From assembly GCA_964202905.1 (NCBI GenBank), contig CAXNJO010000003.1, forward strand, positions 448,001 through 512,000: a DNA stretch of 64,000 nt, in the 5' to 3' direction. This stretch comes from Polyangiales bacterium (GTDB lineage Bacteria; Myxococcota_A; Polyangia; Polyangiales; JADJQN01). The notes beneath the pieces were generated by a model. That model saw only the letters and a list, made by a program, of their open reading frames with translations. It did no database searches and was not told the DNA's origin. Below are positions 57,258-64,000 of the stretch, in pieces (the first letter of the stretch is position 1; each line of letters begins with the position of its first letter). A program made the position numbers and the translations under genes.

Positions 57258-60200
57258 CGACGAACCCGCAATGTGAAGCCGTCCGCGACGACCTCGCGGC
57301 CCTCGTCGATGGAGACGCGGACGCCCTGCGCCGACACGCCGAGCACCTCGCCGACTGCGACGCGTGCCGCGACGCGCGGCACGAGGCCAGGCGCCTCGCG
57401 GAGCACGTCGCCGACGCGGGGCACGACTACGCGCCGCCCGCGGATCTGGAGGCGCGCGTGCTCACCGCGCTCGCCGCGCGCGGGCCCGGCGTCGGCGCGC
57501 CCGCACCGCAGGCGGCGTTCACGCCGCCTCCCGCAGCCACGCCCGCCACGCCCCCTGCCACAGCCACGCCCGACGCCACGCGCGAGGCCGAGGACGGCGC
57601 GTCGTCCCCTGCGAAGACGGCGGGCGCTGGCCCGACCCGCACCGCGTCGCGCGGCCCGCTCGTGTGGCTCGTCGGGCTCGCGGCCGCGGCAGCGCTCGTG
57701 CTCGCCGTCGTCGCGCGGCGCGATGTCCCGAGGCCCCCGAGCGCAGGCGGCAGCGCCGGCGGTACGGGCGTCGCCGCCACGGGCGGTGGCCGCCTCGCCC
57801 GCATCGCGCGCGCCGCGAGTGACCGCGCGACGGGCGTCTCGCTGCGCGCCCCCGGCGCGACCGGGTTCGTGGAAGTCGGCCCCGGCGCCGCCCTCGTGCC
57901 CGGTGCGACGCTGCGCACCGACGCGAGCACGCGCGCGCGCCTCGAGCTGGTCGACGGCACGATCCTCGTCCTCAACCACCGTTCGGAGCTGACGCTCGAC
58001 GCGACGGCCCCGCGCACCTTCACGCTGCCGCGCGGCGAGCTGCTCGCGGACGTCGCGCACCTCGGCGACGCCGCGCCGCACGCGCTCTTCCGCACACAGA
58101 CGGGCGAGGTGGAAGTGCTCGGCACGAAGTTCCTCCTCGCGTCGGACGACACGACCTCGAGCGTCCGCGTGACGCGCGGCGCGGTGCGCGTCCGCAGCGC
58201 GGGCGGGCAGGCGGCCGACGTGAAGGCCGGCCAGGAGGGCCTCTTCACGAAGTCCGGCGCACCGAGCGTCGCATCCACGCTCGACCTCGCGGGCGCGATC
58301 AGCTGGTCCGAGCTCGAGCCGCCGCAGCTCGGCGGCGCGACGGGCGACGCGCCCATCGCCGGCCTCGGCGAGCTCCGCGCGAAGCGTCCCGGCGATCGCG
58401 GTGAGGATCGCCCGCTCGCGCTCGCGAGCCACAAGGTCACGGTGCGGATCGTCGGGAACGTCGCGCGGACCGAGATCGAAGAGGTCTTCCGCAACGACGG
58501 GGGCGACGAGCTCGAGGGCATCTACCGCTTCCCGCTCCCGCCGGACGCGCACATCTCGCGTCTCGCGCTCGACGTCGACGGACGCCTCGAGGAGGGCGCG
58601 TTCGTCGAGAAGGACCGCGCCTCGAAGATCTGGCGCGGCGTCATCCGCAACGCGACGCGGCCCACGCAGCGACTCGCGCAGGAGGAGTACATCTGGGTCC
58701 CCGGCCCGTGGCGCGATCCCGCGCTGCTCGAGTGGCAGCAGGGCGGCCGCTTCGAGCTGCGCATCTTTCCGATCCCCGCGCGCGGCGAGCGCCGCATCGT
58801 GATCGGCTACACGCAGACGATCGCGCCGCACGGCGAGGGTCGTCGCTACGTCTATCCGCTCCCCTTCGGCAGCGACCCCTCGCTGCGCGTCGGGCGCTTC
58901 GAGGTCGACGCGCGCATCACCGGCGCCTCGCGCGTCGTGCCCCGCGGCTACGAAACACAAACCATCACGGAAGATGGTGCCATTCGCGTCACCTACGGCG
59001 CGCAAGGCTTTCTCCCGACAGGCGATCTCGTGCTCGACTACGCGACACCGGAGGGCGCCGCGGAGCTCCGCGCCTTCACGTACGAAGGGAGCGTCGCGGT
59101 GCCCTCGGGCGACACCGACGCGTGCACCGGCGCGATGCGCTCCGACGCACAGCGCGCGGCGTGCACCCGCGCGACGGCGCAGAACGCGCTCGCGGCGGAC
59201 ACCCGCCCCTACGTCGCCTTCACGCTGCGCCCCGAGCTGCCCGCCTTCGCGGCGAGCACGGCGAGCGACTTCGTCGTCGTCGTCGACGCCTCGCAGTCGA
59301 TGGTGGGTGAGCGCTTCACGCGCGCGCAGCGGCTCGTCACGGCGATGGTCTCGGAGATGGACCGCCGCGACCGCTTCGTCGTCCTCGCGTGCGATTCGAC
59401 GTGCCGCGCCGAGAGCGCGGAGCCGCGCGTGCCCTCCGCGCAGAGCGCGACCGCGCTCAGCGCCTGGCTCGCCGCGATCCGCCCCGCGGGTGCGTCCGAC
59501 GTCGTCGGCGGGCTGCGCGCCGGTGCGCACGCGCTCGACGGCCACCGCGTCGCCGACCGCACGCTGCGCGTCCTCTACGTCGGCGACGGGCTCGCGTCGG
59601 TGGGCACGCGCCGCGTCGCGTCCATCGCCGCCGAGGCCGCTGCGCTCGCGCGGGATCCCGCAGTGCGGATCGGCACCGTGGGGATCGGCGGCGACGCGGA
59701 CACGCAGATCCTCGCGGCGATCGCGCGCGCGGGCGGCGGACACTACGTGCCGTACGTGCCCGGCGAGCGCGCTACGGCGGCCGCCCTCTCGGTGCTCGAG
59801 ACGACGTACGGCGCCTCGCTCGAGGACGCGGTGATCGAGCTGCCCGAGGGCGTCGTCGACGTCGCGCCGGCACGCCTGCCGACGATCCGCGCCGGGCAGG
59901 AGATCGTCGTAACCGCGCGACTGACGCGCCCGGAGGTGACGGGCGAGGTCGTGCTGCGCGGGAAGGTCGGCGGCGAGGCCTACCTCGATCGCTATCCGGT
60001 CACGCTCCGCGCCTCGACCGCGGCCGGCAACCTCTTCGTCCCGCGCCTCTGGGCCACGGGCGAGATCGAGAAGCTCGAACTCTCGGGCGTCGCGGGCGAC
60101 CGCGATCGCATCATCGCGCTCTCGAAGGGCTTCGGCGTGATGTCGCGCGAGACCTCGCTGCTCGTGCTCGAGAGCGACGCGATGCTGCGCGCCTTCGGTG

Positions 60201-61549
60201 TCGATCGCGAGCAGCAGGTCGCGCAGTGGAGCGGCGAAGAAGACGTCGACGGCACCGTGTCGACCGGCACCGAAGAGCAGGCTGGCGCATCGCTGCTCGG
60301 CGCGTTGGGCGACGCGGGCGGCGGCAGCGGCGGGCTCGGCGTGCTCGGGGCCGCGAGCGGCGCGGGCGCACAGCGCGCGATGGGCCCGCGCGCGGAGGCG
60401 TCGATGGACGCGCTCGCGGACAGCGCGCCGAGCGGAGGCCAAGCGCCACCCGCCGCGAGACCGCGCGCGGCGGGGGGGAGAGCCGCGAGCAGCGCCATGG
60501 ACGAGGAGGCCGAGCGCGTGATGGCGGCCCCCGCGCCATCGTCTCCCGCCATGGTCGCGCCCCTCCCCGACACGCGCGTCATGCGCCGCGTGCCGCCGCC
60601 CCCGCCCAACCGCGGGCAGTGGATGCGCCGCGTCTGGTTCAAGGTGGGTGAGGTCACGCCCGGCGGCGACGCGCAGGCCCGCGAGCGCGCCGCGGTCGCT
60701 GCGGCCGAGACGGCGCTCCGCCTCGCGCCCGACAGCCGTGATCGCCACCGAGAGCTCGTGCGCGCGCTCGCCCGGGCGGGCGCTCTCCCGCGCGCAGCCG
60801 AAATCGCGGAAAAATGGCTCGGCCGTGACGCGCTCGACGCCGAAGCGCTCACCTACCTCGCGGACGTCGTCGGCCGTCAGGGTCGCCGTGACGACGCACT
60901 GCGTCTCCTCAGCGGCGTCGTGGACCTGCGCCCCGACGACGCCACGCTCCAGGAGCGCCTGGCGTGGGCCTTCGAGCGCGCGGGCATGTCCGAACGCGCA
61001 TGCGCCCACCGCGTCGCGCTCGCCGAGCTCGGCGGTGCAAGCGCCGAGACGCTCGGCACCGCCGTCCGCTGCGAGCGCAACCTCGGCCGCGCCGACGCCG
61101 CGCAGCGTCTCCTTGACGCGGCCGACGACCCCTCGCTCCGCGCGCGCGCAGAGACGGTCGCGCTCAACGGGGGACTCGTCGAGCGCGGGGGCGGCGACGT
61201 CATCCTCGACGCGACTTGGTCGGGCGGCGCCGACCTCGACATCGCGCTCATCACGCCGCAGGGCACGCGCCTCTCGTGGATGGGCGGCCGCAAGAGCGTG
61301 CATGGGAGCGACGCGACGAGCCTGAGCCACGAGCGCCTCGGCCTGCGGAGCGCGACGGTCGGCGACTACGTCGTCGAGGTCAGCCGCACGCGCCCGGGCG
61401 ACGCGACCCCGTCGAGCGGCACCGTGCAGATCACCGCCTTCGGCACGCGGCGCGCGATCCCGTTCACGTTGCTGCGCGAGCGCGCGGCGATCGGGCGCGT
61501 GCAGGTGCGACGCGAGTCTCGGCTCGAGACCGTGTTCGGCCCGCGCTGA
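57254..61549 (+). CDS. Anti-sigma (HxxxCxxC)-TM-FecR-VIT-vWA-TPR multidomain protein
   Basis: HLADCDAC; TM; EVEVLGTKF (FecR); ARTEIEEVFRN..LEGIYRFPLP..DPALLEW (VIT); VVDASQSM and YVGDG (vWA); TPR; TWSGGADLDI. Confidence 0.87.
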   Translation: MTTNPQCEAVRDDLAALVDGDADALRRHAEHLADCDACRDARHEARRLAEHVADAGHDYAPPADLEARVLTALAARGPGVGAPAPQAAFTPPPAATPATPPATATPDATREAEDGASSPAKTAGAGPTRTASRGPLVWLVGLAAAAALVLAVVARRDVPRPPSAGGSAGGTGVAATGGGRLARIARAASDRATGVSLRAPGATGFVEVGPGAALVPGATLRTDASTRARLELVDGTILVLNHRSELTLDATAPRTFTLPRGELLADVAHLGDAAPHALFRTQTGEVEVLGTKFLLASDDTTSSVRVTRGAVRVRSAGGQAADVKAGQEGLFTKSGAPSVASTLDLAGAISWSELEPPQLGGATGDAPIAGLGELRAKRPGDRGEDRPLALASHKVTVRIVGNVARTEIEEVFRNDGGDELEGIYRFPLPPDAHISRLALDVDGRLEEGAFVEKDRASKIWRGVIRNATRPTQRLAQEEYIWVPGPWRDPALLEWQQGGRFELRIFPIPARGERRIVIGYTQTIAPHGEGRRYVYPLPFGSDPSLRVGRFEVDARITGASRVVPRGYETQTITEDGAIRVTYGAQGFLPTGDLVLDYATPEGAAELRAFTYEGSVAVPSGDTDACTGAMRSDAQRAACTRATAQNALAADTRPYVAFTLRPELPAFAASTASDFVVVVDASQSMVGERFTRAQRLVTAMVSEMDRRDRFVVLACDSTCRAESAEPRVPSAQSATALSAWLAAIRPAGASDVVGGLRAGAHALDGHRVADRTLRVLYVGDGLASVGTRRVASIAAEAAALARDPAVRIGTVGIGGDADTQILAAIARAGGGHYVPYVPGERATAAALSVLETTYGASLEDAVIELPEGVVDVAPARLPTIRAGQEIVVTARLTRPEVTGEVVLRGKVGGEAYLDRYPVTLRASTAAGNLFVPRLWATGEIEKLELSGVAGDRDRIIALSKGFGVMSRETSLLVLESDAMLRAFGVDREQQVAQWSGEEDVDGTVSTGTEEQAGASLLGALGDAGGGSGGLGVLGAASGAGAQRAMGPRAEASMDALADSAPSGGQAPPAARPRAAGGRAASSAMDEEAERVMAAPAPSSPAMVAPLPDTRVMRRVPPPPPNRGQWMRRVWFKVGEVTPGGDAQARERAAVAAAETALRLAPDSRDRHRELVRALARAGALPRAAEIAEKWLGRDALDAEALTYLADVVGRQGRRDDALRLLSGVVDLRPDDATLQERLAWAFERAGMSERACAHRVALAELGGASAETLGTAVRCERNLGRADAAQRLLDAADDPSLRARAETVALNGGLVERGGGDVILDATWSGGADLDIALITPQGTRLSWMGGRKSVHGSDATSLSHERLGLRSATVGDYVVEVSRTRPGDATPSSGTVQITAFGTRRAIPFTLLRERAAIGRVQVRRESRLETVFGPR

Positions 61550-61653
61550 CGCATCGGGCGCCCCGTCGACGAGCGCGCGGCGAATCGGGCCCGCCGCGCG
61601 CAACCGCCCGCGATCGCCCGCGATAAGGCGCGCGCTTTTCACGGAGCGTGCCC

Positions 61654-63132
61654 ATGTCGGATCCCGTCTCGTCGTATCGCAACACCTGTCGCAACGCCCC
61701 TCTCATGCTCGGCGGCGACCCCGCCCGCGTCCGCGGCGAGGCCGCCGTGCAGCTCGCCCGCAGCGCGCTCGACGGCGTGCGCCAACACCGGCTCGACGCG
61801 ACCACCGGGCGCGCCGCCTACGCGGAGGGGAACGCCGCGATGCGACATCTCCCTCCCGATCTGCAAGCGCAGCTCGCCCCACTGCTCTCCCAACTCGACA
61901 CGCAGGTCTCCGATCTCGAGCGCGCCGGCCGCGTCCACCAAGACCACGGCGCCCCCGCGGCGCGACAGACCGCGCACGCCCCCCGCCACGCCGCGCCCGC
62001 CGCGGCGACCATCGCCGCGGGCCTCTCCCCGAGCCTCGCGTCACACCGCGGCAGCGAGCTCCACGCGACGATCCAGCAGACCCTGTTCACCGACGGACCG
62101 CAGACGACGCGCACGCTCCGCGCGCTCGCGTCTCTCTCCCCCGCGGCGCTCCGCGAGACGGTCACTGCGCGCGTCGGTGCGCACGCGGCGGATGCGGTGC
62201 TCGACGCCATCTCTGGCGGCGCGCGCATGCAGTTCCGCGTCCGCGTCTCCGAGCGCGCCCACGACGCAATCACGCGCACCGCGCAGCGCCTCGAAGACCG
62301 CAGCACCGGCGCAGGCCTCGACACGACGCTCGCCGCGCTGCGCGGCCCGGGCCGCGGTCCCGTGATCGCCCAGCTCGCCGCGCTCGGGGTCTCGCCCGCT
62401 CGCGTCCACGCGCTCGTCGCAGAGGACGCGTCTCCGGAGGCGCGTCACGCGCTGCGCACGCTCGTCGCGGACGCGACGCGCGACGGCGCCGAGACACTCC
62501 GCGCCTTCGCCCAGCGGTACGACGCCGCGCACAACGTCCTCGACGCGACCGGCCAGCTCTACACGCTGCTCGAGGACTCGGTGCGCCAGACCCGCGCGCA
62601 ACTCGGCGTCCCCGTCGACCCGGCGCGGAGCGCACTCGGCCGCTTCATCGAGGCGGACATCGCTGAAGCCCGAGCCAACCAGCGGGTGAACGACGTGTCC
62701 GCATTCGTCGCCGGTGTGGTGGCGACGGTCGCACTCGCCGTGTCGGGCGTGGGCGTGGCCGCCGACGCGGTCGCCATCGCCACACGCGGCACGGCGAGCT
62801 CGTTCGGCGCGGCCGACCACGCCGATGACGTCGGCCTCGCGGCCCTGGCAGGCGAAACGACGCGCGAAGCGGCCGACGACGCGCGCGCGCACGCGCGCAT
62901 CGAGACGGCGATCACGGTGGGCGCCGGCATCGTCGGCCTCGGCGCGGGAGTTCTCCAACAACACCGCGCGGCGGCCGCCCTCCGCAACGCGTACTTCCCC
63001 ACAACGGCGCTGCGCGAGGCCGCCCATCACGCCGCGCACGTCCAGGCCAGCCTGACCGGCGGGGCCGTCGAGACAGCCATCCACGGTGCCGCCCTCGCCC
63101 ACCGCCACGCCTCGCACGGCGAGACGCCCTGA
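61654..63132 (+). CDS. Hypothetical Ala-rich protein with C-terminal hydrophobic segments
   Basis: Long ORF with a plausible RBS (GGAG near 61643); no recognised family. Confidence 0.6.
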   Translation: MSDPVSSYRNTCRNAPLMLGGDPARVRGEAAVQLARSALDGVRQHRLDATTGRAAYAEGNAAMRHLPPDLQAQLAPLLSQLDTQVSDLERAGRVHQDHGAPAARQTAHAPRHAAPAAATIAAGLSPSLASHRGSELHATIQQTLFTDGPQTTRTLRALASLSPAALRETVTARVGAHAADAVLDAISGGARMQFRVRVSERAHDAITRTAQRLEDRSTGAGLDTTLAALRGPGRGPVIAQLAALGVSPARVHALVAEDASPEARHALRTLVADATRDGAETLRAFAQRYDAAHNVLDATGQLYTLLEDSVRQTRAQLGVPVDPARSALGRFIEADIAEARANQRVNDVSAFVAGVVATVALAVSGVGVAADAVAIATRGTASSFGAADHADDVGLAALAGETTREAADDARAHARIETAITVGAGIVGLGAGVLQQHRAAAALRNAYFPTTALREAAHHAAHVQASLTGGAVETAIHGAALAHRHASHGETP

Positions 63133-63144
63133 GGGAGCGCGACG

Positions 63145-63849
63145 ATGAACGACGATTCATTTCCCTGCGCGCCGCTCGAGACGCACGACGCCGTGTCCCT
63201 TTGCGAGCGCGCCGACGTCGCGCTCGACCCGGAGGTCGTCTCCTACGCGCGCGTCCAGGCCGTCCACCACCGCGTCCTCCTGCTCGAGATCGACGACGAC
63301 GAGGCCACGGAGAGCGGCTATCGGGGCCTCCCCGCGACGCGACGCGTGCTCGTCGGCACCCTCGACGTGCTCCGCGCTCGCTACGACGTGAACGAATCCC
63401 TCGACGCCGTGCGCTGGCTGGAGGGGCCCACCCCCGAGTGGCTCTCCGAACGCGTCCGCGCGACGTTCGCCGCAGCCGCGCTCGCCCCGCGCGCGGTGAC
63501 GCGCTGGGCTGAAGAGGACGTCGCCGAGATCCGCGCGACGCCACAATACACATGCTCGAGCATCTTCGTCGGGACGAGCCCGCCACGCCCCCTCGCGCCG
63601 TGGCACGACGCGTCGCCCGCGCTCGGCGCGCTCGACAGCGTGGTCCAGTTCGTCACGGGCTCTGCGCTGGCGGCGCTCATGTTCGTGGCGATGGAGGTCG
63701 CACGGGATCACGACAGGATCATCGCCGTGGTGGCTCCCCCCCTGATGTTCCTGGCCGCGCGCGGGATCGCGTGGCTCTACCGGAGCCTCAGCGAACGGCA
63801 CTCACCGCGCGGCCGACGCTTCGCGGGCGCCGCCGCCCGTACGGCGTGA
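63145..63849 (+). CDS. Hypothetical protein with two C-terminal TM helices
   Basis: GGGAG RBS upstream; 12 bp after previous stop. Confidence 0.6.
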   Translation: MNDDSFPCAPLETHDAVSLCERADVALDPEVVSYARVQAVHHRVLLLEIDDDEATESGYRGLPATRRVLVGTLDVLRARYDVNESLDAVRWLEGPTPEWLSERVRATFAAAALAPRAVTRWAEEDVAEIRATPQYTCSSIFVGTSPPRPLAPWHDASPALGALDSVVQFVTGSALAALMFVAMEVARDHDRIIAVVAPPLMFLAARGIAWLYRSLSERHSPRGRRFAGAAARTA

Positions 63850-64000
63850 GCTGGCCCCGCGCCCGCTGCGCTCGCGCGCGTCGACCCGTCACGCCGCCTG
63901 ATCCGTCGCGGCTGCGGGCGACGCCTCACGCCGAGTCGACGCCTGCCCCCGGCCCCGCCGCGGTCCCGCCGCCCGGCGCGGCCGCGCGGCCCAAGACGCC

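Noticed and set aside
57128..61642. 1504-aa minus-strand ORF (and similar long ORFs at 16815, 24524, 28629, 50088)
   Set aside because: Mirror frames of well-supported genes on the opposite strand; Arg/Ala-rich with no motifs

Overview
Very GC-rich bacterial chromosomal window. Its gene content (Ser/Thr kinases, MYXO-CTERM-type proteases, Cys-rich lipoproteins, TSP3/vWA adhesin, DUF4388 protein) points to a myxobacterium (Polyangia/Sandaracinaceae-like); this is inference. About 54 protein genes are supported. No rRNA, tRNA, CRISPR array or transposase was recognised. The most notable locus is a divergent lipid biosynthetic cluster at 45.8-54.4 kb. One arm carries a FabF-type ketosynthase, a catalytically dead chain-length-factor-like KS and an alpha-oxoamine synthase (SPT-like). 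The other carries a FAAL, an ACP, a soluble diiron acyl-ACP desaturase-like enzyme, a second ACP and a thioesterase. This is a plausible undescribed route to unusual sphingoid/amino-lipids. Other observations: a cystathionine-beta-synthase homologue lacking its PLP lysine; an orphan 4-hydroxybutyryl-CoA dehydratase; a NosL/Cys-His membrane protein/ABC module without nosZ; an ECF sigma paired with a 1431-aa anti-sigma-FecR-VIT-vWA-TPR protein; a SulP/beta-carbonic anhydrase remnant; and a perfect 99-bp palindromic intergenic repeat. Several genes, including ppdK, carry single frameshifts that look like sequencing errors. All product calls come from motif recognition by eye, not database searches.
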